In this document: positions 23,126 through 35,893 of the stretch, piece after piece | Layout: each line of letters opens with the position of its first letter | How positions within the stretch are numbered: the stretch's first letter is position 1 | Assembly: GCF_018350175.1 (NCBI RefSeq) | Contig: NC_058383.1 | Span: 20,338,001-20,402,000 of the forward strand | Direction of reading: 5' to 3' | DNA from: Felis catus | Taxonomy: Eukaryota | DNA length: 64,000 bases | Translations under genes and position numbers: made by a program | The notes under the pieces: generated by a model | The model's input: only the letters and a program-made list of their open reading frames with translations | Database searches by the model: none | What the model was told of the DNA's origin: nothing

Positions 23126-24310
23126 GAGTGCCTGGCAGAGTGTTAAGTCCACACCATGATACAGGAGTTAAATGTGATGTGGAGGTGTAAATCATTAAAT
23201 ATTAGTGATGATAATTATTAATATAATTATATAACATACTCATATATAGTAATATATATATCTTACCTTGAAAATTCATAGTCTAGTTAAAGAGAAGGAG
23301 TTTCCATCCCTAAATATCTTACATTCTAGTTAGTTTATGTGTGAGATCTGGGGAGAGACAAAGATGCCCAGAGAGATAGTTCTCTACGGATCCCTTGAGG
23401 CAATGAACTTGTCTGTCTTGTTTGCTGTTGCATTCTCCATTCCCAAGCATGCCTTTCACAAAGCAAATGCAAGCTAAATATTACATATTTAATCAATCAG
23501 TTGACTCAGCAATCAATGGATGAAAATGCCAAACCAAATCTTATCTATGTCTAACAAGCATGGATCCATCATACCCATGCTGGGGTTCAGAAAAAGGAGA
23601 GAAAATCTTTAAGGCATCTTGAAGGCCAGAACTTAAAGAGCTACAAAATGGCATGGATGGGAATCAAGGCGGTGGGCGTGGCTGCCATACGCGAATGACA
23701 AGACATTTGAAAGTTCCAGATGCATTAGGAGGACAGAGTCAGATCAGTCTGGCCGAGACAGATCATGCTATCTATACAAAGACTAGAAAAGACTGTAAAG
23801 GAGGCATGGAGCTCCATTGTGATGGGCTGTCCAAGAGTCTGGACTTTCTCCAGTCATCAGTAAAACATCCCCTGATTGTGACATACCTGAATAAACTTGG
23901 AAACTGGTTACATTGGAAGGGGCATGACTGGAGCCTGGGATAGTCAATAGAGATACTTGCAACCATCCAAGTGACAGGCTATGAGAACCAAGGAAACGAC
24001 AGTGTCAATAGAAGGGAAATTAACCAGCCCATCGTGGGGATTCTGCTAATAAGACAGGATGGATGAAGAGCATTGGATAAGCGACAAGCAGAGTCTGACC
24101 TACTCAGTCACCATCTCTGGGAGCTACGCCTTGAAAACAATCTTGGCATCAGATAATTCTGGAGTGGAACCCAGCTTATTTCTTACCGGCTGTATGAGCA
24201 TGGGTGGGTTCAGTGTTCTCTGTGAAGTTCTGTGTTCCCGTGTTTAAGAAATGGACTGCAATGAGTATCTATGCATTGTATTTGCAGGTATGTGCGTGCA
24301 TGTGCACATA

Positions 24311-24341
<31 letters not shown>

Positions 24342-25659
24342 GTGTAAACCCCAATGTCTGGCCTGTGTGAAGGTTCCTAATATGTAGGGTCCCTTTTAGT
24401 CTTCTTTGTCACTTATTACTATACAATTGAAAAACAAAGGCTATGGTAGGCTATGCCTTCAGAGTCCAGGTACTGACTCTAAATACAGAAATGCACTTAG
24501 GAGAAGGTAACTTGAGACAGATCTCATTAATAACTTTAGTTTACTTGTAACCTGAGACAATGATATTCACATCATGGTGTGGCTAAAAACACACAAGATA
24601 CCAGTACATAAAACACCTACTATTGTGTTTGTACATAACAGTTACACAGAATAAGCAAAAAAATGCAACGCTCTCTGACTTGTTGACTCTTTGCGCACGA
24701 AAGCATTGGTGAGTGGCTGAGAGAACTTACGCTAGCTTTTAAGAAACATCTAGAAGCGTGCTTCTCAGATTGGGGTACATATCAATGCCCAACCCATCAC
24801 CATCGGATATGCATGTGATTGACAGACCTACTACAGTTAAGATTTTTCAGCAATAAAACCTGATATATTTGACCAAAAAAAAAAAAAAAAGCTAAGTGAA
24901 CATCAGTCAATTTCCCTTTGGAATTGAAATTTTCTGGTTTTTTTTTTCTTCCACAAAGCTGCAACATGACAGGTAGCAGCCTATTTTGGGGGAAAGAAAA
25001 AACCCAATTCCTTTTTTATTGCAGATGTCTGCTTCACAAAGGAGCAGTTCCCCCCACCTGCTGCCTTTTCTCCCCCAGAATCAATCACAGGTTATTTTGG
25101 TACCTCCGTGCCTTTATCCTGCAATGACTGCCCAAATATAGATGCAAATATTGTTTTCTTCATCGGAAGCACCTCCCACGCTCACATGGTGACTTAGCAG
25201 CTCCCTGCCTCCGACTGCTTGTGGGACGCCCCCTCTTTTCTTTCAAAGGGTGGTCCTCTCCTGACCTAGTTCACCCCACCGACCAGGCTGGTAAAGAAGG
25301 TCCCTGGCGTCGAAAACATATTGGCTCCACACCTCCCACCCCACCCTCAGGAAGTGACACATTTGTGCAGAGGAGGAACTTTGACCCACTTTGATTCCGC
25401 AGTCTTCTCTGGCAGATCCTGTGTTCTCCGAAACGTTCAGTCTGATCTGCTGAGGGCCACTCATCTGCCCAACAGAGTCAGACCTCAGTCAGACCTGATC
25501 TGAGCTTTAGCTTAAAGCTGGAGTGAAATGGTGCTCCCAATCGGAACCCGGATACTAGAGGAAACCACAGACCTTGACACAAGGCTCTCCTTAACCCTCG
25601 TGTAGGCACCAACAGATGACCTGGAATTTTGATTCATGTTTTTCTATGTTTCTCTTCCT

Positions 25660-25826
25660 GAAAAATGGTGCCTCCCGTCCTCTCTTCACTTTTATTTAAC
25701 ACACCGTTTTTCGCCAGGTCACTGTTAGTATGTGGAGGAAAAATATACATCAGGCATGATTCCTTCATTTGGGGGGGTCATACTGTCTCGCTATAATATG
25801 TGAGACAGAGACAGAAGCACATAACA

Positions 25827-25864
<38 letters not shown>

Positions 25865-26260
25865 CAGAGATTTTGGGTAAAGTTATGCTCAAGGAAAAGC
25901 TGAAAATCAGTTGAAGCAGTTAGTATCTTTGTCAGAAGGTGGTGATCTGGGAAATCTTCCCAGAGCCGTGACATTGCTGTTGGGCTTTGAAGGAGGAGTA
26001 GGAATTCAACATGTAGGCCAAGTTGGCAAAAACCTTCTGGGAAGAAACAACAAGACAGGAAAGAAACTGACACAAAGACATAAGGGTGAACAGCACTGAG
26101 CCCTCCTAGGTGGCTAGATGAGCAAAAGGGTCCAGCAAGTGGATGACGATAGCAAAGAGGTTCTGATGTGTGAATCGATCAACATTGTAAGAATAGCGAT
26201 CAGAGAGGGGGGTTGGGTTCAGATCATGGAGGGCTGCGTCCATCAGGCTAAGATACCGGG
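25660..26260 (-). mobile_element. L2 fragment with an internal (TG)n(AG)n microsatellite
   Basis: tgggctttgaaggaggagtaggaattcaac...; gttcagatcatggagggc. Confidence 0.55.
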
Positions 26261-26483
26261 AACCCATAGACAGCTTCCATTTGGTGAACATGTATGCCAA
26301 TCATTTCAGTACAAAGTGCCCCCAATGTGTATTCCGGTAATTATGGAGAACCCGGAGGTCAAAGAAAATTGTATGGAGGAGACGCTTCAGCAAGTTTTGT
26401 AGGGTAAGCACTGATAGTCTATGCATTTTTTTGCCCATACATTATTCTTCAATAAAGTTGATTTTAAAAATAAGTAGCATTTA

Positions 26484-26724
26484 GGGGCGCCTGGGTGGCG
26501 CAGTCGGTTAAGCGTCCGACTTCAGCCAGGTCACGATCTCGCAGTCCGTGGGTTCGAGCCCCGCGTCGGGCTCTGGGCTGATGGCTCAGAGCCTGGAGCC
26601 TGTTTCCGATTCTGTGTCTCCCTCTCTCTCTGCCCCTCCCCCGTTCATGCTCTGTCTCAATCTGTCCCAAAAATAAATAAACGTTGAAAAAAAATTTTTT
26701 TTTAAATAAATAAATAAATAAAAA
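26484..26724 (+). mobile_element. Young SINEC_Fc-type (no TSD visible)
   Basis: Near-consensus body and A-rich tail. Confidence 0.96.
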
Positions 26725-27680
26725 TGTCTTTCTGGGCAAATTGAATCATTTCTCACAGAAAAGCTTCCATCGTTATTTGATTTTGAGGTTTGGAATATCC
26801 CCACAAGCACCCGGTAAATCCGGTGTTATTACCCTTGTATTATGCAGAGAGCATCGGGGCTCCTATTCATACCCAAGTCTGTCTGACAACCAGCCGCTGT
26901 GTTCTTAATCACAATGTTATGTCACCTGGTTGAGGGAGATGGCTTGGGTGGCACTTACCACTTAATAAGTCAGTCTTTCCCCAGGAAGATTAGGACAGAA
27001 CACCCCGTGTGCACAGAACTGGACGCTGCAACGCAGCTAATAATAATAAAAGTACAGGGAACAGCTTCGAATCCTTTTGCTTAGGAGCCGTCTTCAAACC
27101 CCGCCAGCCAAGGCCCCTCCTCTTTCCAAGACCCAACCCTCACCGTGACTCATATACCTATTTCAGCACTGAAGCCTTTAGGCGTAGAAACACATCCTAC
27201 CTGCCCTGGCGAAGGAAGTGTTAACGAAGGATCTGATCTCGGAGTTGTGGCTCCAGGATGCTAGAAGGGAGAGAAGAAAGCCAGGGACATAACTTCATTC
27301 CAGGATCTTTACTATTAGGTTGTGCTCGCCAAATGGTACCATTTGTGTGGTTAGGAGCATGAGTCAGTATGAAGGGGGAAGAAAGCTATAAAGTCAAAAC
27401 AGCAGAATTTCTTGAATCGTCCCTTTTACCGGGAATATGTGGGAAAAACCTATGTTTTCAAATACCCATCCACATACTTAGGGGGCCTGGGTTCTGAAAT
27501 TTTTGCGATGGCCCTGCAGAGATGCTTTGCCTGCGTAATGAATCTTACGGGTGGACTTAACATGCTTTAATCCAGTAGTACATTAAAGAAAACACAATCG
27601 AAAATAAAGAAATTTCTCCATGATGTGGGACACTTTCTGGCTATCCCTTTTCACTGCTTGAGGACCGAGACTCAGTCTTT

Positions 27681-27882
27681 CTTTTTTAAATGTTTTTTCT
27701 TTATTTTGAGAGGGAGAGAAAGAGAGAGAGAGAGAGCGAGCAGGGGAGGGGCAGAGAGAAAGAGAGGCAGAGGATCCGAAGCTGAGAGCAGTGAGCCCAA
27801 TGCGGGGCTCGAACACGCTACCTGTGAGATCATGACCTGAGCCAGAGTCGGACACTCACCAACTGAGCCACCCAGGCGCCCC
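27681..27882 (-). mobile_element. SINEC
   Basis: ctgagccacccaggcgcccc end; degenerate TSD aga(c/t)tcagtct. Confidence 0.93.
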
Positions 27883-28113
27883 TTAGATTCAGTCTCTTAG
27901 CATTTGGGCAATCTTTCAGTGAATGAAGCTTCTATCGAGAAATAACTAATGTTCGTATTCGGATACACTTTCTCATCTCTCTGCTATCGATGTGTTTGTG
28001 TATTTCTGTCCCGGGGCCATCCTGCAGCCAACTTTAACTTTTCATAAGACAGTACACCTCGTATTATCAGACATCTCTTTCAAAATATTATGTTTACAAG
28101 TATGTAGCATTCA

Positions 28114-28348
28114 TGTTATTTATTAAAAATTTTGAAATCTTTATTTATTTTTTGAGAGAGAGAGACAGAGTGTGAGCAGGGAGGGGGCAGAGAGAGAGAG
28201 AGAGGGAGGGAGACACAGAATCGGAAGCAGGCTCCAGGCTCCAAGCCGTCCGCACAGAGCCCGACGCAGGGCTCGAACTCACGAACGATGAGATCCTAAT
28301 CTGAGCCGGAGTCGGATGCTTAACCGACTGAGCCATCCTGGGCGCCCC
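28114..28348 (-). mobile_element. SINEC (feline-type)
   Basis: gagacacagaatcggaagcaggctccaggctc...; TSD tgtagca(t/c)tca. Confidence 0.94.
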
Positions 28349-29649
28349 TGTAGCACTCACATCATTAAGATACCATGGATTCTGACTCTTACTCTTACGA
28401 TAGACAGTGTTTTCTTATGAAGAATGAGGCTGTGAAAACATATTTATGTTGTGTGCAACCCTACAGACAAACATCTAACCAAGATTAATTTGCCACCCCT
28501 ACCTCCACATACAGGCTGCGGACAAATGCATGAATCGAGGGTCTGAGTCCACAGGTGTCAGTGGCTTTGTTCCGCAGCCTGAGATGAGCCAACGGACAAA
28601 TGCTTCTGGTGCTAGTTTCGACTTCCGAGAAGATAAACTAGACGTAGACTAAAGACACGATGACAACAGTAATACTAACAACACTAGTAAGGTTGAAGGG
28701 GAGGGGCAGAAACGCTGGGGAAAGTTGTCAAGGTGTCCCGGTGCCACGCCGGTGGCTTTTCCATATCTTACCGAAGCCCCCGTGTAACACCCAGCGGGAG
28801 GAATACTTGTTCCACTTTACAGGTGGGAAAATGGAGGCTCAAAATGTCGATTTACTTGCCTAGAAAGACAGGGCTCCCATTGGACACAGCCTGCATCGTC
28901 TCCAGGAGCCCCTCACCGGAGAGTCCCCACAAGAGCTATAAAAGAAGCCTTTGTGGTCCAGAGTTGCTTTTCATTTGGATGTGTCTTTAAGTCACCGGAA
29001 GCCTGTCCCAGGTACATCCACGGAGGGTCTCCCAGGCTTGCGCTGCAAGATATCTGTCATCAAAAATGGCCCTCGGGCCACCCAGCCTAGCTGCGGAGGA
29101 CCAAACATGCTGAGGGATTGCTTACCACTGGATTTTATTGACTCTAACCCCAAATCATCCTTCTTTAAATAGGCTGTTTTCAAAGGGTGAGTGGAGGGAA
29201 GTGACATTCCACGGCACAACAGCCAAGACAAATCGTCGAAGGTGTTGGCAGCCTGGAAGAAAACGCTTCCTGAAGTTACGGATGTGGAATTAACCTTCCA
29301 TCCATCCTACGGAGTGGGAAGACCCGGGCCAGCGAGATGTAACTGGGGAAATGAAAAGAAGATTCTCAGCCGATGTTCAGACATAAAGCAGAAAATGCCT
29401 GAGGAATCTGTAACAGTCTTGGGTGGGCAACTCGAAATGCTAGAAAAGCCATAGGCTTGGCTTCCTCTGGCACCTTTCGGCTGTGAGCTCTTTGCAACAT
29501 ACAAATACACAGAGCTCTCCTCACTTGGGCGTTGTGAAGTCACCACCTCTGAGAGAGGCTGTCATGGGCATTTAGCCCTACCTCTGGCATCTGTGACTCC
29601 CCCCTTTAAAATTCACTCACACAAGAGCCCGTCTTCAGGAAGCCACTTG

Positions 29650-30270
29650 ACTGCCTGGCAATTGATCCAACCCTTTGGTACAACCATCTCGCACCGTCTG
29701 CCCTCTGCCAGCTGCTCCGACATCATCCCTTGCCCTCTGTCCCTTTCATCCCTACACTTCGGCCACACTGGTCCCCATTCCTGTCCTCCCTGTCTCCAAA
29801 CCCTTGTCTTGCCTCAGGGCTTTGGATCGTTTCTGTCTTCTTTTCACAAGAATGGCCCTCTCTCATCCTTCAGACCTCAAAGCATCACCAATCCCCCTGC
29901 AGACCTCCTCTGTCTACATCAGGTAAGGAGATCTAAGAGGCAAGTAAGAAGAACGTGAGGTATGTGAGGTGGGGCAGAGACAAAGCTTAGCCGTAGAAAT
30001 GATCAGATCACCAAGCCTTCCTTGCCCTTTCAACCTTTGTCACTCTCTGTCACATCACTTGCTTGTCTGTAGAACTTACCGAAATGTACCTTCTTGAATG
30101 TACCTCTAATGAAGGTCCGTGTCCTTCATTAGACCAGAAAGCTCCCCAGAGGCCAAGAGAGTTGTCTCTCTTGCTCCCCCCTCCCCTCGTATCCTAACCC
30201 CCAGCAGAGTGTTTGGTTTGTAGGAGACGCTCAATTTGACAACAAGTAGTTGAATGAATGAATCTGTGAA
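29650..30270 (+). mobile_element. L2 3' portion
   Basis: gcctcagggctttg...tctcatccttcagacctc...taggagacgctcaatttgac...ttgaatgaatgaat. Confidence 0.6.
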
Positions 30271-31249
30271 TGCATTAAAAATATTAAGTAGCTCTGTCAG
30301 TTAGGTAAGCTTCCCTTCCTCAAGCTGTGGCTTAGGCCCATTCTTTGTGTTTCCATTTGCAGTAGAAGTGGAAAATATCCATCGAAAAAGTTTAGGCAAA
30401 AGGGACAAAGTTCACTAGGACTGGATTTCAAAGAACAGATCCTAAGTCTTACCTCTGTGAACTTAATTACTGAGTTTGGAACAACTCAAAGTCTTTTGAA
30501 CATCCCAAACAACCCAAAGTCTTAGAACATCAATGTCCTAACTTTTTTTTTTTTTTATGAGGGAGTTAATGGGGCTTCTGGACAAAGGTAATATGCTCAA
30601 GTTGTACATGCATCGACATTCCCTCAACACTCATGAAATTAATAAAATAGTAAAAGCCACAAAAATTGCTAGCAGCAACCATATAATGAAGGTATCCAAT
30701 TTAACATTTAAATCCTTAAAACATGAGAATGAAAAAAAGAAACGGAATATTCTGTCAAAGTGTCTCAGAGCTTCTGACCCAGCCTGTGTTCACCAGCATA
30801 GTTACTGGGCAAGGGGGAGTGGGTGGGGAGGGTGTCAAGAAAATGCTTATCAATACTCCCTGGTTTAAGAAGATATGGCCTGAGGAGCTGCCCATTGGAA
30901 ATTACAGAACAGCTTTCAATCTTGGCTACTTACCAGAAAATTCTTTTTGCTGAGACAGGTGAAACCATTAAGTTCCGCCTTTTTCTCAGCCCCCTAGACC
31001 TAATTAGGTATAATATTCAAAGTGTGAATTAATTTTCTCGAGTCATTGAAATGCACCTTCAAGTAAGAGGAGAAGACCTGGATCTCGGGCACTTAACGAG
31101 AGAGAGAGACAGAGACAGGGACAGAGATGGAGAGAGAGAGAGAGAGCAAGGGAGGGAGGGGGAAAGAGAATGAGAGCAAGCTTTGGTGGCTTAATGATTT
31201 CTATAGCTAAGCTATCTCCCTGCCCCACCTTACACTTCACATTCTTCCT

Positions 31250-32272
31250 GTGTATGTGTATGACTATGGGTATGTATGTGTATGAGTTAAGTGTGTATAT
31301 ATGTATGTATATGTGTACGAGTGTGTGTATATGTATGTGTATGTATATGTGTAAGAGTATATGAAAATGTGTATGTGTATGCAAGAGTATGTGTGCATGT
31401 GTACGTATATGTGTATGAGTATGTGTATATGTGTGTATATATGTTATGTATATGTGTATGAGTATGCTTATGTGTGAATGTGTATATATGTATGTGTGTA
31501 TGTACATATATGTGTCTGAGTGTATGTATCTATGTGTGTATGAGAATGTATATACATATGCATATGTGTATGTGTATGTGTATGAGTATGTGTGTGAGTA
31601 TGTACATATGCATGTATATGTGTATGAGAATGTGTATATGTATCCATATGTGTGTGTATATGTGTATGTGTAAGTGGGTGTATGTGTATGACTATGTATA
31701 TATGTATGTGCATGAGTATATGTATATGTATGTATATATCTATTTGTGTATGTGCCTAAGAATGTGTATATGTGTACATATGTGTATGACTATGTGTATG
31801 TGTGTGTATGAGTAAGTGTGTATATATGCATGCACATATATATGAGTATATGTGTGTGTGTATAAGTGTGTGTATATATATATGTGTATGAGTATTTATA
31901 TCTGTGTATGTATATGAATATGTGTATATGTGTGCTTGAGTATGTGTATATATGCATGTATCTGTGTATGAGTATGTGTATATGTATGTATATGTGCATG
32001 AGTATATATATGTGTATGTGTGTGTATGAATATGCGCATGAATATATGTATTATCTGTGTGTATGACTATGTGCATGTGTGTATGAGAATGTATATACAT
32101 ATGCACATGTATGAGTGTGTGTATGTGTAGGAGTACATGTATGTGTACAAGTATGTATATGAGTATGTGCATATGCATGTGTATGTGTGAGTATGCATAT
32201 GTGTGTTTGTATATGAGAATGTGTATATGTACCCATATGTGTGTGTGTATGAGTAGGGTATGTGTACGACAA

Positions 32273-32313
<41 letters not shown>
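31250..32313. repeat. About 1.06-kb degenerate (TG/TA)n simple repeat ending in pure (TG)n
   Basis: Direct reading; explains the His/Thr- and Met/Cys/Tyr/Val-rich ORFs. Confidence 0.97.
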
Positions 32314-32315
<2 letters not shown>

Positions 32316-32419
32316 TTCAGATAAGGACTAAAGGGGGCAGAGAAAATTCATTCATTTTTTCAACTTCAAATAAAAGGTGTGAAAAGAGCACCCATGTTTA
32401 GTATGACCAAGAGGCTCAT

Positions 32420-32835
32420 AAACACATTTCCACACTGGACATCTACCGATGCAATCAAAGGACAAGAAACAAAAACATGCAGTATAGCTCACAGAAGGCT
32501 GGCGTAGAAACCTGTCGGAAACGTAGCTCACACACAGAATTGCACGAGGAGCACCTCAAGCTACAGAAAAAGACGCTGACTAGAGCAAGATGTCCACAAT
32601 ATGAAAGCTCAGAGTTGAGGTAATGAAGCAACAGAATGGAGCGAAAGAGGTAGTGTAGATTCCAGGAAACAAACGGAGGCCCAAAACATTATTATAAAAT
32701 TAATGAATTGAGCGGAACCCACCAGGGTAACATAGGTTCAGCCGCAAGGGAAAGAAGTACACAGAAAAACAGCTTTGGAAAACCACATGCACCGAGAGGA
32801 AAAACACACAAGAGGTTAAAAAGTTGCAAAGACCC
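32420..32835 (+). mobile_element. Possible ancient L1 ORF1/HAL1-like fragment
   Basis: A/G-rich strand with decayed coiled-coil-like coding texture (gaaagctcagagttgaggtaatgaagcaacagaatgg...); family not confirmed. Confidence 0.3.
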
Positions 32836-33319
32836 TAAGTAGGTTTCTTCTTGTTTTGCCACCATGTGGGGCGAGACTATTTCAGGATAAGACCAACAGA
32901 GAATAAACGCGGCCAAGGGATAATAAAGACAGATTCAGACACTATCATTTAATCAGCTATTTCGCCCATGCCTGGAGCTAAGAATTCCCCCTTTGGACTT
33001 GCTGGTTATAAATCCTCTACTTCTCTGCATAAGACAGTTTTCTTATATCCTTCACTTGCACCTGACAGCAACCTTCTTAATAAAATACTTAGAGGTGAGT
33101 GACCCAAAGCGATACTGTAAGCTTTCAGTATACCCTCTCCTGCAGCATGGGGATAATGTTGCATCCACCCCATGTACGTGGGGCAGGTGCATACGCAGAG
33201 CACCCGACACAACGTCTGGCGTTGAGTGGCGTTCATCGAAGCCATTATTACTCAGTTCAGAGTGAATTCTGCACAGAAAGTAGAGAGACAAACTGTTTTC
33301 ATAATATTTGGATTTGAAA

Positions 33320-33515
33320 GATTTTGTTGACTAACTCCTTTATGGCACTTAATATATGACAGGGATTTTGCGAAGCATTTTTACATACATTAACTCGTTC
33401 AACCCTTACAAAACCAATCTGGCGGATACGTTATTATTCCCATTCATTCTCATTTGACGGAGGAACAAAGAAGTTAAGTCATCTTCCCAAGGTCACACGG
33501 CTAGTTAGTGATGGA
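33320..33515 (-). mobile_element. MIR
   Basis: attctcatttgacggaggaacaaagaagttaagtcatcttcccaaggtcacacggctagttagtgatggagc. Confidence 0.75.
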
Positions 33516-35673
33516 GCGGGGGTGGGGAGGGGGCGGGGGTGGGGGGCTCCAGAAGCCATGCTCTTTGCCAGAACCTCGTGCTGTCACAAAGACAGGGCTG
33601 GAAACCCTCGCTGTACGAAAAAAAAAATCATTAGAAATTCCCGAGCCAAGAAATGATATTATAGGAGCGAGGTCTGAATTCCGGGTAACACGATTCAAAA
33701 GGTTCAACCCGAGATGCTGTTGTAACAGTGTGTCAAGCCTGGGTGTGGGTGAGACTCTTCCGTCCACCCTCTCAGAGGGAATGAAGCAAAGACACCCTGT
33801 GGGTCCCAGTGTCAGCACCCTTGGAGAGAACTTCAGGCGTGCGCTAAGCTCTACCTGATGGCTCCCAAGCAATTCTCCCTCTAGCGTCTACAACGATCCT
33901 TTGACAAAGATAATTAAAACGTACGTAGGGCAAATGCGCCTTTATTGAGAAAATTTCTGGAGTTCACGAAATGTGACTCTTTTCTCTTGTGGTACATAGT
34001 CAATCATCTTCACAACATCACCAGTTACCATTGTGCATCTCAAACGAAGAAGGAACGATAAAAAGCCAAGAAAGGGCTGCTAATGGTTTGAACGAAGGCA
34101 GCTGCCTCACTGAGCTGCGGGGGTGAAGAAGGTGCTGACACAAGCCTGACAGCAAAGGTGGGGGTGGGAGGCAGAGGGCGGATGCCAAGAAGCTATCTAA
34201 GCAAGGAAAAGAGAGAGAAAAGGAGAGGACAGATTCAAAGGAACAAGAAAATGATGAACACCCCCCATTAATCCAGGGTCTACTATATCCAGGCAACGTT
34301 AGGAACTTTAAATGTATGTTTTTTCTAAACCTTAAAACAGTCCTGATGATACAGTTGATTGTCCGCACTTGACAGATGTAGGAATAGGAAGGAAGAACGA
34401 GACGTGGAGAGAAGGAATGTACGAAGCAAGGTGGTAGGGGAAAGAGACGTAGAAAAGGGAAGCAAAGGATCCATATATACATAGAGAAGGAAAAGAGAGA
34501 GAGAGAGGGAGGGAGGAGAGAAAGGAGATAGTTCTTACAGAGGGAGAGAGAGAGAGAGAGAGAGAAATAGGAAAACCAATGCAAATCTAGACTCAGTGGT
34601 CCTAAAGATTGGACAAGTTGAGCTCTTTTTCTCCAAGACAGTCTCCATGGAAAGAGAGAGATTGTTCCAAGCCTCGTCTGCGCAGAGGACACAGAAGGAA
34701 GAGAAGACACTGTGCTAGCTGAGAAGGAGGCAGAGATTTGGAAACCGCTTCCAGGACCAAGGTACCGATGCAACGTCGGCCCAGATGCTGATGACCGGAG
34801 AACATGGCTTCCTTCGGTAGGGACCTTCTCTCTGGAAGGAGACTATCAAGGCATCGCCAAGGACCAATGACTTCTCCTGGTCCTCAGAACAAACGACTTT
34901 AGGAGGTAGATACTGTCATGAACACCCAGGCAAAACTAGTAAGCAGCTGAGCTGGGATTCAAATCTAATAGTTTAGATGGGATTCAAATCAGTAGTTAAA
35001 ACAGGCTGTTTTATTGTGGACTGAGCGGAAAGAAAATTATCATCATTTACTCATTCCGTGAAGACAGCTGGGTGAAAGCGCTCCATTGTCAGTCCATTTT
35101 GCTCTGTTCACTCCGGATGAACAGCTCACAGGTCTGCTCCAGAGGCACGAAAGGTTTATGCCGGGGTTTACAAAGATATTGCCCACTGGTTGCAACCACC
35201 CTGTCGATATTTTTTGTTTGGATCACACAGCGTTCCTTGTTTAAAAGACCGAGTTCGTTGTAAACATCGAGACATTGGGAGATTTCACCTACAAAGCGAG
35301 AAAAGTCCTTCCTCACGAGGTACATCCTGGAAGCAAAAGGTACCCTCATAAACAGAACCCTTCTCTTTTAAAATAGGATCAGCAAAACTCCAGAAGCAGA
35401 CTTCTGTTAGCTCTCAACCAACCAATGCTTCCCTGTGCTCTAATGCCCTTCCTCACCAGGGCCTTGGTCACATGCCCACCATCCCTGTAGCTGGGATCGT
35501 GGTCATTCCCACTAAAACCACAGGCTGGACGAGTGGGGGAGCGGGGGTGGGGAGTAACTTCTCAAAATAAAACCAGTATACTGCCCCCAGAACGGGAGGA
35601 AAAGAGCGGTGTAAAAATAGATCTCTGTTGCAATTCTAAGAAACAACCTCTGCCGTTAAAATTCTTGTAATGA

Positions 35674-35893
35674 GGGGCGCCTGGGTGGCGCAGTCGGTTA
35701 AGCGTCCGACTTCAGCCAGGTCACGATCTCGCGGTCCGTGAGTTCGAGCCCCGCGTGGGGCTCTGGGCTGATGGCTCGGAGCCTGGAGCCTGTTTCCGAT
35801 TCTGTGTCTCCCTCTCTCTCTGCCCCTCCCCCGTTCATGCTCTGTCTCTCTCTGTCCCAAAAATAAATAAAAACGTTGAAAAAAAAGAAAGAT
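35674..35893 (+). mobile_element. Young SINEC_Fc-type
   Basis: Near-consensus; 16-bp TSD aaaatt(c/t)ttgtaatga at 35658-35673 and 35894-35909. Confidence 0.97.

Noticed and set aside
29893..29928. Apparent 20-nt micro-exon (ccctgcag|ACCTCCTCTGTCTACATCAG|gtaagg)
   Set aside because: Good-looking splice sites, but it lies inside an L2 remnant, has a weak polypyrimidine tract and no partner exons; needs RNA-seq junction reads
31043..32401. His/Thr-rich and Cys/Met/Tyr/Val-rich ORFs
   Set aside because: Artefacts of the (TG/TA)n simple repeat
33811..33831. REST/RE1-like GTCAGCACC-ctt-GGAGAG; also a right half-site CCATGGACAGCG near 50767
   Set aside because: Wrong spacer (3 instead of 2) in the first and a missing left half in the second
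34018..34773. Longest ORF in the track (251 aa, minus strand)
   Set aside because: Runs through a GA-rich low-complexity tract and a MIR; Ser/Leu/Phe/Pro bias reflects the CT-rich strand; no recognisable domain
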